Below, piece by piece: positions 38,270 through 52,447 of a stretch of 64,000 bases of DNA. How positions within the stretch are numbered: the stretch's first letter is position 1; each line of letters starts with the position of its first letter. The stretch is from Octopus sinensis (Eukaryota). The stretch covers positions 56,668,001 through 56,732,000 of the forward strand of contig NC_043007.1 of NCBI RefSeq assembly GCF_006345805.1. The letters run 5' to 3'. The position numbers and the translations under genes are program-made. Below the pieces are notes generated by a model that had not been told where the DNA came from, did no database searches, and worked only from the letters and a program-made list of their open reading frames with translations.

Positions 38270-39493
38270 CATATGACTATAAAATAAGTTTTGTAGGTGT
38301 ACAAGTCTCCATACTCTTTATGATTAACATTAATATGTGTGAGTACATATATATATATAAATATATATATGTACTCACACATATTAATGTATATATAAAT
38401 ATATATATTATAAGGAAAATATGTATGTATGCATGTATGTATATATGTATATATGTATATAGTAGATATGTATATATATGTATATATGTATATATGTATA
38501 TATGTATGTATATATTATATATATATATAATACATATATATCTACATATACATATATATATATATATATGCGTGTATATATTAATCATATAACATACATA
38601 CATACACACATTCTAGTATGATGGAGAAGTGAAAACTGAGGAGAATGCAGTTTCTAACTTTCAAGGAAAGGGTGTTATTCCTAAAAGAAAATTGTGTTAA
38701 GAGGGACAGTGTGTATATGTTCTTTTCGCTCATGTAATTTCGGTGACGAAACCTGAAGTACTGTTTGGGTTGTTTATTTTTGTTTTTGTAATTTTTTGCA
38801 AAATATTTTCGTTGAGGAATTTTTCCCTTTTAAAATTATTTACATGCCTCTTCGACCGTTTCATGTGACTTCATTCGTTAAAACTTCAAAGCTTCTTACA
38901 TCTTCGTCGCCATAATGTTTTGCTTTTATTTTGTTTATTAAACTTCATCGTAATTATGTTTCTTCTTTCATTTTGTGATAGCTATCACGTAGAAAATGTC
39001 ACCTTCCAAACCCTGTTTCCTGACAAGGAAAAGTTATCAAACAATTTTTCTAGAACAAGTGAATAACAAAACTGGGTTTATCTTGAAAAATCACATCGAA
39101 TTACCAAATTTGAACATGTTCACCTAATTTGAAGATTCCAATATCTGTGGTTACAACAGAAAATACCTGAATGTATATTTGGTCATCCTCGAAATGGATG
39201 CACCTTCATGAAGCTGCACCGACAATATTATAAGGTCGCATTTGCACAGTGAGAGTAGTCGCTGCAGCGGAAATAGTCATTATAATATGTGACATATGAC
39301 TATAAAATAAGTTTTGTAGGTGTACAAGTCTCCATACTCTTTATGATTAACATTAATATGTGTGAGTACATATATATATAAATATATATATATAAGGTAA
39401 AATATGTATGTATGCATGTATGTATATATGTATATATGTATATATGTATATATGTATATATATGTATATATGTATATATGTATATTGTATGTA

Positions 39494-39578
<85 letters not shown>

Positions 39579-40520
39579 ATACATAATTATATATATATAT
39601 ATATGCGTGTATATATAATCATATAACATACATACATACACACATTCTAGTATGATGGAGAAGTGAAAACTGAGGAGAATGCAGTTTCTAACTTTCAAGG
39701 AAGGGTGTTATTCCTAAAAGAAAATTGTGTTAAGAGGGACAGTGTGTATATGTTCTTTTCGCTCATGTAATTTCGGTGACGAAACCTGAAGTACTGTTTG
39801 GGTTGTTTATTTTTGTTTTTGTAATTTTTTGCAAAATATTTTCGTTGAGGAATTTTTCCCTTTTAAAATTATTTACATGCCTCTTCGACCGTTTCATGTG
39901 ACTTCATTCGTTAAAACTTCAAAGCTTCTTACATCTTCGTCGCCATAATGTTTTGCTTTTATTTTGTTTATTAAACTTCATCGTAATTATGTCTTCTTTC
40001 ATTTTGTGATAGCTATCACGTAGAAAATGTCACCTTCCAAACCCTGTTTCCTGACAAGGAAAAGTTATCAAACAATTTTTCTAGAACAAGTGAATAACAA
40101 AACTGGGTTTATCTTGAAAAATCACATCGAATTACCAAATTTGAACATGTTCACCTAATTTGAAGATTCCAATATCTGTGGTTACAACAGAAAATACCTG
40201 AATGTATATTTGGTCATCCTCGAAATGGATGCACCTTCATGAAGCTGCACCGACAATATTATAAGGTCGCATTTGCAACAGTGAGTAGTCGCTGCAGCGG
40301 AAATAGTCATTATAATATGTGACATATGACTATAAAATAAGTTTTGTAGGTGTACAAGTCTCCATACTCTTTATGATTAACATTAATATGTGTGAGTACA
40401 TATATATATATAAATATATATATATAAGGTAAAATATGTATGTATGCATGTATGTATATATGTATATATGTATATATGTATATATGTATATATATGTATA
40501 TATGTATATATGTATATATG

Positions 40521-40594
<74 letters not shown>

Positions 40595-40658
40595 TATATA
40601 CATATATATATATATATATGCATGCGTGTATATATAATCATATAACATACATACACAC
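38270..40658. repeat. Tandem array of a ~1.03-kb unit (2.3 copies) containing an internal (TA)n/(TATATG)n tract
   Basis: catatgactataaaataag at 38270, 39293 and 40323. Confidence 0.92.
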
Positions 40659-41177
40659 ACACACATATATAAAAGAAAACAAGTGTAACCAGCAGTCGCT
40701 TTCGGGTGAGTATGACTCAGTAACACGCACCATGCTTTCGAGTCTCTCACACTTGAGCCAACGGGACATCAAGGATTTTATAAGTAAAGGGGCTAGAAGG
40801 ATACATCGACATCTGGCTGGTAGCCATTACAGCCGAGTAGATTGGCGCAATATGAAACTCATGGCTTCACACTTACAAACCTATGTGCGTATGCATATAT
40901 ACATATATACCTATACATACGTATATACATATATGCATGCACGCATACATACAAACATACATACACCCACACACGTACATACATACGTACAAACATACAT
41001 ACATACATACATACATACATACATACATACATACATACATACATACATACATACATACATACAGGTGGGCATCATGACACCAGAAGAGATGGACGTGTCC
41101 TAAACCCACGAAAATTTAAGTAATGTAGAGCTGAATCACTTCTTTGTAAATGTGTAATACCCGGGTGTGCGTGCGGC

Positions 41178-41224
<47 letters not shown>

Positions 41225-41329
41225 TACACATATATATTTGTGTACGTGAGTGTGTGTGTATCCCTTTAAATACACAACTGAATGAGCGACTAATGGTTTC
41301 ATGCTATAATAATACTTGAAGCTAGAATA

Positions 41330-41445
41330 AGTATCAGGCTTTAAAAAGAGAAATAGTTCTGGGATTGATTCGCTCGACTAAAAATTCTTCAAGGTGTTGC
41401 CCCAGCATGGCCGCAGTCTAATGACTGAAACAAGTAAAAGATAAA
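41330..41445 (+). mobile_element. 3' part of a second SINE family (cagcatggccgcagtc...gactgaaacaagtaaaag)
   Basis: Same tail at ~25640-25750 and ~46490-46612. Confidence 0.7.
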
Positions 41446-41499
41446 AAAAACTTTGCACGTATATACATATGAGTGTGTGTCTGTATAATAAATAAATGA

Positions 41500-41533
<34 letters not shown>

Positions 41534-41614
41534 TATATAGATATATATTATATATATATATATTATATATATCTATTTATATATGTGTGTGTATATATAT
41601 ATATGTATATGTAA

Positions 41615-41825
41615 AGGTAATCCAACATGAAAGCACAAAGGAACACAACAACGCGAGGACGTGGAACAAATATTGTATTATTGGAGGCTCAGGAAAGAAG
41701 GAAAGAAGGAGGGTTTAACGTTTCGAGCGGAGCTCTTCGTCGGAAACATGGGAGAAGGAAAGATCCAGAGAAGGGAAGACAGAGGAAAAAAAATCGCCAA
41801 CGGTACACACGCGGTCACATTTTGA
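41615..41825 (-). mobile_element. ~200-bp TA-anchored element (family E1) with a minimal hammerhead at 41713-41747
   Basis: Minus: gttt-CCGACGA-a-gagc-tcc-gctc-GAAAC-GT-T-aaac; homologous to 43845-44035. Confidence 0.75.
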
Positions 41826-41857
<32 letters not shown>

Positions 41858-41862
41858 AACCG

Positions 41863-41903
<41 letters not shown>

Positions 41904-42486
41904 GTGTGTGTAAACAAGTATATGTGTATACAATTGTACGTTTATATGTGTCTATATATATATATACGGTAGGTAAGAAGATTCATACAAGTGTAATATA
42001 CATGTTGTGTGCAGTCAACTATACGTATCCATATATTTATGAATTCTTTATGTATATGTCTGTTTATGTGCATGTGTGCGTCTGTGTACTTGCTTGTTTC
42101 TAAACTTATGAAAGTGCAGCGTTAAGGTCGAAGGGAGAGAACGAAGTGTTGTTGCTGAGTGGAGTTGAGCGGAGTGGCATAGAGTGAGTGCGGTACAGCG
42201 GAGTGGCATGCAGAGAGAATAAAGGAAAGGTGGTTGTAGAGTATCGTTTTTTAGAAACAGACCAATTAAGCATTTGCTGATGATATTGGCACTTTTAACG
42301 AAATAGCACAATAATTGGAGCTTCAAAGCTTTACCACGCTTCGGTGAGCATATAACGACTTTTTCTGTAAAAACAAAAAGATAAATAAAAGATTAGAAAA
42401 TAGATAAATAATAATAATGCTAAACAGTAGTTGTTGTTGCTATTACCATATTACTATCATTATTATTATTATTATCATTATTATTA

Positions 42487-42553
<67 letters not shown>

Positions 42554-42561
42554 CATCCTCA

Positions 42562-42628
<67 letters not shown>

Positions 42629-42643
42629 CATCATCATTATTAA

Positions 42644-42851
42644 GGCGGTGAGCTAGCAGCAACGTTAGCTCCCCAGTCAAAATACTTTGCAGAATTTCTT
42701 CCGGTTCTTTACATTCTGAGTTCAAATTCCGCCGAGGTCGACTTCGCCTTTCATCTTTTCGGATCGATAAAATAAGTACCAGTTGAGCACTGGGATCTAT
42801 GTAATCGACTTGCCCCAAAATTCCAGTCCTTGTGCGTGTAGGAGAAATATT

Positions 42852-42852
<1 letters not shown>
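42644..42852 (+). mobile_element. Full-length tRNA-derived SINE
   Basis: Starts ggcggtgagctagcag; B box gagttcaaattcc; follows (ATT)n. Confidence 0.85.
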
Positions 42853-42889
<37 letters not shown>

Positions 42890-43844
42890 TTATTATTATT
42901 ATCCTTTCTTTATTGTCTTTTCTTTATTAGCTGGTGGTTTCAAGCATAAAGGTAGCACTGCTGCAAAACTCTTAAAATCTGTATGAGACGAAATTTTTTA
43001 ATAACTTATATTTTGATTGCACCATTCCTTAGCAGAGCTGCCACTCCCAGTCTTCTGTCAGTTGCAGCAGACGTTGTCCGCCCATACGTCAATAAACACG
43101 TTTGGCATATATATACGAAGCTCGAAAGTTGGACCATTCAAGCTTTTCGCTAACAGTATCTCAGCTGCTGTTATCGGCTTTTCACAGTTTTTATCAACCA
43201 AGAATCAGGACAGATGATCGATTAAAGTAGGCATTAAAGTCTGGTACGTTCTCTGATTCACTTTCACGGTTAACATTTGAGCAAAATTTCATAGGAAAGT
43301 CGCACACACTTAATTGTCATCTCACTGCTCTGCAACGCGGGTCCAACAAACGGCTTTAGATCCACGTGTCAAAGAGCACCACCTTTAACTTTGAGGCTCT
43401 TTCCACCTGGGTTTTGGCCGACACTCAGTGATACACTACCATCTTCCAGGCTGCCACTGTCAAAATCTCAGCTGGGAGAGCACTTGTGCTCTCTTACGCA
43501 TTCACTTTCAAAAGTTGTGCCGCCTGGATAAGGCCTACCTCCTTGTCCTTTAGGGAAAGTGACAAATGTTGTGTTGAATTCGCCTCCATCTCAACAAGAA
43601 CTTACCTGCCCGTGAAGTTGCAACCGCCACATTTTCGTTGTTATTCTCGTTGTTGCTGCTGTTACCGCAATTATTACTTTTCTTGCTACTGCTCTTGTCG
43701 TTATTGCTGCTGCAGATGTGACATTTTTTTTACTGTTACAACCGCTATTGCTCGTGTTATTAAAGATGATGTTACTACTATTACTGTTATTGTTGTTGCT
43801 GTTGTCGTCGTTGTACATGTACTTCCGGTCACTTCAGCAAGGTA

Positions 43845-44031
43845 ACTACACGTGTGCCGTTGGCGATTTCCTTTCCATCATTGGACTTGTCCCTTTCTCC
43901 TTTCCGACGAAGAGTTATGCTCAAAAACGCCAAACTCTCTACTTTCACCGACTATCGAGGTAATACTTTTTCTCACGTTCGTTTCTTTTTCTGGTTTTTT
44001 TTTTGTTCGTTTATTTGAATTGACATATATA

Positions 44032-44035
<4 letters not shown>
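43845..44035 (+). mobile_element. Family E1 copy with a decayed minimal hammerhead (43900-43935)
   Basis: cttt-CCGACGA-a-gagt-tat-gctc-aaaaac-gc-c-aaac; 3' end abuts (TA)n. Confidence 0.65.
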
Positions 44036-44067
<32 letters not shown>

Positions 44068-44175
44068 TGTACTGTATGTATGTAGTATGTATGTATATTA
44101 TAGATATATACAACATAATATAATATATATATATATATCATATACATATATATATATAATATGCATATGTATATA

Positions 44176-44223
<48 letters not shown>

Positions 44224-44226
<3 letters not shown>

Positions 44227-44410
44227 AGAGTTTACGGAAAAAGAACAACAGACGAAGACAGGTGGTGTACAAAGCAAACAGATGTATTAGTATAACGCTC
44301 AGGAATAGAAAAAGTCTTTTACGCTTCGAGCCTACGCTCTCCTACAGAAAGGGACACAGAAAACAAAGAGAGAAAAGATGTGTGTAGTGGCTAACGATCT
44401 ATCATGGCGT
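44224..44410 (-). mobile_element. Family E2 copy (motif at 44316-44351)
   Basis: Reverse complement of 29047-29243. Confidence 0.8.
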
Positions 44411-44445
44411 CTATCATGTATATATATATCATGTATATATATATA

Positions 44446-44505
<60 letters not shown>

Positions 44506-44519
44506 GATAAGAAAATAGA

Positions 44520-45150
44520 GAGATATAATAATTATTTGTTAATGAAAACATTAGACATCATCTCTGACAGCCGTTTCGATTCCAGACTTTTAGAAATTAA
44601 TTACCATCATTAGAATCATTGAAGTCGAATTTCATCACAGTTGGCTAAAGATATACAATTAGGTGTTCATATTCCTGCTTGTTGAGTATACGGCTCCACA
44701 CCGTTGATATATACATGAGAGGCTTCGAGATTCAGAAGACCCAAACTGCAGGTAGGGCTATGTAAGTGCTGCGGAAGGACTGCTGTTAGACTCTCGGTTC
44801 GATAATAGTATGAGTGAGGAATCTAACGCAGTCGAGTGTGGGCATATAACATCCAACATATATTTTTATTTTCATGTTCCCCTTTTTACATCCTCTATCT
44901 CTCTTTTTTCAAATAACTTATATTGAACTCAACTAACTCTCTCATATGGTCTTTGATGATGGGATATCCTTTATATCCCTGAAGTAGCTGTAAGACTACC
45001 TTTAAATGTCCTAGAAATTTCACACTGTCTTGGCTTTGTTGTCTCATCTTATTTAACATATGTATGTGTATGTGTCAATCTTTTGTAACTATCGCTTCGT
45101 CTTTTTCTTTCTTTCTTCTTTTTATTATAACTTCTCAAAGCCTCTATAGC
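44520..45150 (-). pseudogene. Possible decayed Penelope-like GIY-YIG endonuclease with a downstream hammerhead relic
   Basis: Broken minus-strand translation IVTKD*HIHTYVK*DETTKP...MPTLD resembles VVYKI.C.C..YVGET...PTLN. Relic GTGATGA...GAAAC-GGCT-GTC at about 44558-44640. Confidence 0.35.
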
Positions 45151-46231
45151 AATATTTCACCAATATTGAACACGCCGCAAAAAGTGCTGTCGACAAGTTG
45201 GTCGTCATTAAAAGACTCCTTGTATATAATTCATTTCATCAACAAAAAATGTTATGTCAATACATTTTCACCCCTAATATTACTGCTATATTCGCATACA
45301 GAATAAAAATTGAAAATATTTTTGAAAATTAAGGCAATTAAAAGATGCATCTATCCCACCCGTTTTTGTCACCGGTATGCATATGAAGTTGGTATTGATA
45401 TTGCCGAAGAAATCGAGACTAATACATTATTGACACTTGATAAAATTCAAACGCAAATCTTCTAGGATTGGATTGCAGAAGCAGACGACATTTAACTAAA
45501 TATATTTAGTTCACCACTACTGCTCATCTTTTTACCTTTCAACTGTTCTCTAAACGTTGTCAATCCGTAAGAGTAAATAATTACCGATATGTCATTTAAT
45601 TATATTTTGGCTTTGTCACGTTGCTATATCTACAGTTTACAGTACTATAGAAAATAGTGTTTATAAGATGAAACCCACTATCGGAAGATATTTGGAGTTA
45701 CTTTCAACGGAACTTGACGAATAATCAATCGATAACAAGCGCAAAAGTAGCAATATATTTGCAAAATGAGTAGAATATTAATTGAGTGTAACTAAATGGA
45801 AAGAACGAATCCAAGTGAAAAGTCAGAAAAAATTCAGTATATGACGGTTTTATTGTATTTTCATTGCTTAAGACAATAAACATTATATCTTTAAAAATAT
45901 CGTGTGATACTATGAAACGATGTTATTCATGGATTAAATGAAATATTATAGTTTTCCTGTTGTTTATTCTTCGCTAATATTGTGATTTTTATGATTGGTT
46001 TGTTTTCCAGTCAGCGTAAGAACATATCTGATTCAAAACATTTGAACAACTCATTCACTTTGAAACTCTATAAATTAATTGCATTCGCTAAACGACTTTT
46101 TAAACATAACGTTGTTTCTAACAAGTGAAGTAACAATTAATTTGTCATGTTTTAGAAATTAAATCTTATACTAATACACAGGGGCTTCATAAAGTTTCGT
46201 CGAATTTGGGAAAGAAAAAACAAATTAATGC

Positions 46232-46350
46232 GTAGCTGCATTGTAGGAAGCTTGCTTTACAACCACATAGTTCCGGGTTTAGTCCCATTGCCTTGAGCTG
46301 ACCAAAGCCTTGTGAGTGGATTCAGAAGTCGGAAACTGAAATAAAATCGT

Positions 46351-46431
<81 letters not shown>

Positions 46432-46612
46432 TGGTGTGTGTGTGTGTACGCATATGTGCGTACGTGTGTGAATGCGTGTGTGTGTTCCAGGCCGATAGAA
46501 TAAGTACCTGGTTTAACAAAAATAAAAATACTAGGGTCTATTCATTCGACAAAAAATTTATGTCTCAGCATGGCTAGAGTCAGATGATTGGAGCAAGTAA
46601 AAGATAAAAGAT
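46232..46612 (+). mobile_element. Second SINE family copy interrupted by (TA)n/(GT)n
   Basis: 5' part resembles 61730-61850; 3' part resembles 41330-41445. Confidence 0.6.
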
Positions 46613-47704
46613 AGAATGATTTTCATAGGAATAATTTCTTATACAGAAAATAACGAGGGTCAAGGAATGAGAGATTGTGGTTGTTATTGGTATTGCTTTT
46701 TGAAACAGGTCAGCTCGAATTCATTCCAGCCGGAAAAATAATTAGCGGCATTTCTTCTGGTTCTTTATGTTCTGATTTCAACTCCCAATGTTATCAACCT
46801 TACCTTTACGCTACTTGGTGTCGCAAAAATAATGTCCTGGTCACATGCTGGTGTCGATGTTATGGACAAACCCTTCCCTTCAAAATTGCTACTTTTGGGC
46901 CAACATAAGAAACCAACATTTAGTTAGGGAGCTAGTTTTGGCAGAATAGTTGGAGCATCGGGAAAAAATGCCTTTCTAAACTTGCTCTAACACTGTTTTT
47001 AATTATTATTTTTGCTTTGTGAGTTCAAATCTCATCGAGGTAACTTCGCTGTTCCGAGTCGATAAAATATTAGACTAGTAATAGGATCGATGGCATCGGT
47101 TTACTCTTCCCACGATGGTTGATGGCTTTGATTTAAATTAGAAGCTAGAAACATCCTGAACTAGCAGGATCGTTAGCACTCCGGACAAAAATTCCGAGTA
47201 GCTTTTCGTCTGTTTATACATTCTGAGTTCAAATTTCGCCGAGATCGACTTTGCCTTTCATCCCCTTGAAGCAGTGGGGTCAATGTAATCAACTCTCCCC
47301 ACAAATTTCAAGCCTTGCACTTATAGTAGAAAGGATTATTATTATGTTTTCTATTGAAAATCCTGCTGTCATTGACTTTATCTTTCATCTTTTCGGAGAC
47401 GATTAAATATCAGTGAAGTTCTGGATCCCACTTAAACGACAGTAGCTTATTCGCTGCCGCCACCCAATGTTTTGCCTTCAACCACTGCTATAAATCATTA
47501 TATACATACAATATTAAACAGTATACGTTTGTAAACAACATTCCTTGTGGAAGAGAGGTGAAAATTATCAAAGGAACTGCCGACAGGAATCGAACCTAAC
47601 ATGTTTGTCTGTACGTTCCTTCTTAAACTGTTATTTACATATCTATATCGTTTAATATTGTTTGCGCAGAATCTCACTCACCACTGATTCACTCACTCAT
47701 TTAA

Positions 47705-47744
<40 letters not shown>

Positions 47745-47862
47745 AAATAAACAATCATACAAACACACACACGCATACTAACACTCAGTAATTGATATTG
47801 ACTGCTGAAGTTTAATTTGAACGAATCTCTCTTTCTCTCTCTCTCCTCTCTCTCTCTCTCTC

Positions 47863-47933
<71 letters not shown>

Positions 47934-48477
47934 GTATGTATGTATCGGTCGAAAGGTATATATTTCCATGTCAAACTCAGGTAATATTTGCTTGTATAAG
48001 CAATGTTTAAAGATCGCCCGTAACACGTTTCGATAGAAACTATTTAAAGCTATTTGTCTATGTATGTCAATATATACCTATATATTTAAGTGTGTGTGTG
48101 TGTGTGTGCGTGTGTGTTTGCGCGTACACTATGTATACTATGTACGTGTTTGAATAGGCAGTGTTTCATCAAAGCCACTGGGATATAAACATGTACTTGT
48201 TGAAACGTTTATGTCTGGTTTTAAAGCCAAATGTCGACACTGAACTACTGGTCAGTTTTCTGACCGACATTTTACAAAAGATGAGGGGTACTCACACGCG
48301 CGCGCACGCGCAACACACACACACACACACACACAGGTACACACGGACGAATGCATATGTGTATGTGTGTGCGGTATTGGTATTATGGATGTACGAATGT
48401 ATGTGTGTGTCTATATATAAGTATATATATATACATATGTATGTTTGTATGAACGCACACACACACACACACATATG

Positions 48478-48574
<97 letters not shown>

Positions 48575-49979
48575 TATATATACGCATAAATATATACATA
48601 CCAACGTACGTACATGCATACCCGCCTGCATACTTTCAAGCCTATTACTATGCTGTAAATACCTTAAATTTTCAACATTGTCGCCTTAGAAATAAGGTGT
48701 GTCGAATTTGCTGAGATATTTGCTCGGGCTATTTCTTCAACTCCTAAACTTGATGCTCATTTACATTTTAAGATACAGTCACTTACTCTGTATCCACTCT
48801 TCAAATATTAATTTGTATATAATACTCAATGTAGATATATCGTTGAAAGCCTGTTAAAGTACCAAAAAGTATTGAAATATATCTCAGCAGTGGACGAAAA
48901 TCGTCCAGCAACGGTTGTGACATTGCTAAAGATGTATTTCTCCTTCTTTGAGGTTCGTCAGTCGCTAGTATACTCTAGAACCACCTACTAAGAGAAAATC
49001 GGCCACTATAGTGTTTCTTTTAACAATGTATGTCTATGAGAGATGCTTTCGCGAGACGAGTACCGCAGTTTAGCAGGCTTTTAATGATATATCTGCTTTA
49101 AGCAGATATATCATTGGTATAATATAGTCTGCTATTATGACGTAGTAGTGCTTCTGTCGCTAATAATGAACTCTTCAAATATGAATACATTTTGATACCA
49201 CACTCACACACACACACACACACAAACGCACACACATAGTCAAACATACATATACTTACATATATTCACAAACATCCGGGGATAGAAACCAGTTGTCAAC
49301 AAAATGCTCTTGAACTGACTATTGTTACACATAACAAAGTATGCATTAAAGAAAATAGGACTAGATGTCATATTCAGTTATGTTATCTTTAATTGTTGAA
49401 TGGTTTTCAAATTGCCTTTGAATGACTGATTTCCACATATAATCGATATATTAGTGAATGAGGAAATCAGTGTTCAAGAATAAGAGAATGAGTTTTGAAG
49501 GGTGTGACCAAATGGTGAATTTCGCTGGTCAGTCTTGAAGTTCGATTACATTACATCACAGGTAAGTGCAAAACCAGTTAAAGGGACCTGCAGCTCAGGC
49601 AGAAAATGAGGAACCAAATGCTCGCATACATCATGTCGTATATTTGAGATATTTGATGCACAAACAGAAAAATGTGAAATTTTTAAAAATAGAAAAAAGT
49701 TATTTTTCATTTTCGTCTCTTATTCCTGCATCTGTTGGTTTTACTCTCTGACAGAATTTTTAAACATTATACTTGTAAGGACGCTGAAGTTCATCCAGGT
49801 CGCCAACGACAGTTAGTTTCGACCTTGGTTAACTTTCTCTTACTGCTATCACTGATTAATACAAATTTTGAGAGTGAGATTTGGTTAACGGAAACTGTAC
49901 GGAAGCCCGGCTGAGCGTACTTGTAAGTGAAAGGACCTAGCATGCCACACACACACAAACACACACACACACACACACA

Positions 49980-50031
<52 letters not shown>

Positions 50032-51274
50032 TCTCCATGTCTCCCGCTCTCCCTCTCTTTCTCTCCCTGCCCTCCACTCTCTCTGTCTTTCTTTCCCCCT
50101 TTCTCTCTTAAACTACCTGAGGTTTAAGTTAACCAATATCGCTTCCAAGAACAATCATCTATTTCACCTACTCATTACACCTATTCGTTTGAAAGATGAA
50201 TTAAGCAGATGATTAAATGTCTTTTATGGATGTATCGCCTTTAACGGGATATGAAGCATCCCTCGTTTGGCTGGTAAACCGATTATATATTCGATTCAGT
50301 CAGGTAGGGTGACACTACAAATAATTGAATAAATAAGAGAGAAAGTGACAGAAAAAACAGGGAGGCAGAATGAATGAATGAATGAATAGATGACTGGAAA
50401 TAAATGAATGAATGAATGAATGTATGGATGAATGGAAAGAAAAAGGATAGAGAAAGGTTAGAAAACAATGTAAACAAACAAGAAAAAAAAGCAACAATGG
50501 AAGATGTTCCTTTTTATGTCCAGTCTTTCAAGTCTTTATTAAAATCAAAGTCGGTGTTTGTGAAGTCAGTTTATTTAAGTTACTTATCTTTTTTATTGTG
50601 TGTAGGCAGACATCGAGGCGTATTTATGCATATATGTATATGACATTGGTGCGTGTGTGTGTGTGTGCGTGTGTGTGCGTGCATGTATGTGTGTGAGTGC
50701 GCGTGTGCGCGTGCGCCTGTGTATATGCGTGCGCGCGCGTACGTTTTAAACCATTTGGCGCTTCTTTAAGGTACTTTTTTCAACCATTTCTTTTTTAATT
50801 GAAGATTTCATTAGGGTCTGCATTTGTCAGCTTTGATACATAATTCAAGAGTAAAGAATATACAGCCAGCCAGCCAGTCATACAGCCAGCGATGCATACA
50901 TGCATATACACACACACATACACAAGCATACACACATACATGCATGAATGCATGCATACATACATACATACATGCATACATATATACATGCATACATACA
51001 TACATGCACAAGCACACATATACACACACACACACACAAACATACATACATATATACATACACACACCCGCACACATACTCACACAGAAACAACACATAT
51101 AGAAACACACACATAAACATGTATGCACGTACACATACATATGTGTGTAGGCATACATGTGCATACATACATGCATGCATAGATTTGATGGTGCTGAGCC
51201 TCGTTGGTGTAATCAATAACGCAGTTGTCTGGCAAATGAAAGATAAATTTCTTTTTTCTTTTTTCTACTCAAGG

Positions 51275-51717
51275 CAAAGCCCGAAATTTTGGAGGTGGGG
51301 CAGTCGATTAGATAGACCACAGTACGCAACTGGTACTTGGGACAAACAAGGACAGACAAACGGATTAAGTCGATTATATCGACCCTAGTGCGTAACTGGT
51401 ACTTAATTTATCGACACCGAAAGGACGATAGGCAAAGTCGACCTCGGCGGAATTTGAACTCAGAACGTAACGGCGGACGAAATACCTATTTCTTTACTAC
51501 CCACAAAGGGTTAAACACAGAGTGGACAAACAAGGACAGACAAACGGATTAAGTCGATTGCATCAACCCCAGTGCGTAACTGGTACTTAATTTATCGACC
51601 CCGAAAGGACGAAAGGCAAAGTCGACCTCGGCGGAATTTGAACTCAGAACGTAGCGGCAGACGAAATACGGCTACGGATTTCGCCCGGCGTGCTAACGTT
51701 TCTGCCAGCTCGCCGCC
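51275..51717 (-). mobile_element. tRNA-derived SINE with internally duplicated body
   Basis: Minus start ggcggcgagctggcagaaacg; ggacaaacaaggacagacaaacggattaagtcg occurs twice. Confidence 0.85.
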
Positions 51718-51768
51718 TTATGTTTCTTTTTATTCTACCTTAGGCCTTTACGTCTGACTGTTTGTCTG

Positions 51769-51831
<63 letters not shown>

Positions 51832-52030
51832 GTCTGTCTGTCTGTCTGTCTGCCTGTCTGTCTGTTTATCTATTGGTCTGTCTGTCTGCCTGTCTGTCTA
51901 CCTACCTATCTATCTAACTATCTATCTTTTAACATCTCTCTTTATTTCTCTCTCTCTACACACACACACAAACACACACAAACAGACACACACACACATA
52001 ATAATCCGCTTGATCGTTCTCCCGTTCTCT

Positions 52031-52063
<33 letters not shown>

Positions 52064-52102
52064 TTCCCCCTCCCGTCTGACCATTTTGTCCGAGTCAGAC
52101 GC

Positions 52103-52300
52103 CATGATAGATCGTTAGCCACTACACACATTTTTTTCTCTCCTTGTTTCTCTCCTTGTTTTTTCTGTGTACCTTTCTGTAGAAGAGCGTAGGCTCGAAA
52201 CGTAAAAGACTTTTTCTATTCCTCAGTGCTATATTAATACATCTGTTTGTTTTGTACACCACCTGCCTTCGTCTTTTGTTTATTTTCGTAAACTTTCCCT
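52103..52300 (+). mobile_element. Family E2 copy with the best-preserved minimal hammerhead-like motif (52173-52208)
   Basis: cttt-CTGTAGA-a-gagc-gtag-gctc-GAAAC-GT-A-aaag; 3' end abuts (TA)n. Confidence 0.8.
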
Positions 52301-52302
52301 TT

Positions 52303-52333
<31 letters not shown>

Positions 52334-52388
52334 CTATATATATATTTATGTATGTATATATATACATATATATATGTGTGTGTGTATG

Positions 52389-52447
<59 letters not shown>

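Noticed and set aside
38840-38925. Minus-strand GCGACGA...GAAACGGTC in the 1.03-kb unit as a hammerhead
   Set aside because: Core mismatch and no helix I complementarity.
43020-43620. Possible decayed Tc1-like transposase
   Set aside because: Only vague resemblance; no diagnostic DD..E/D or WPxxSPDL motif recovered by eye.
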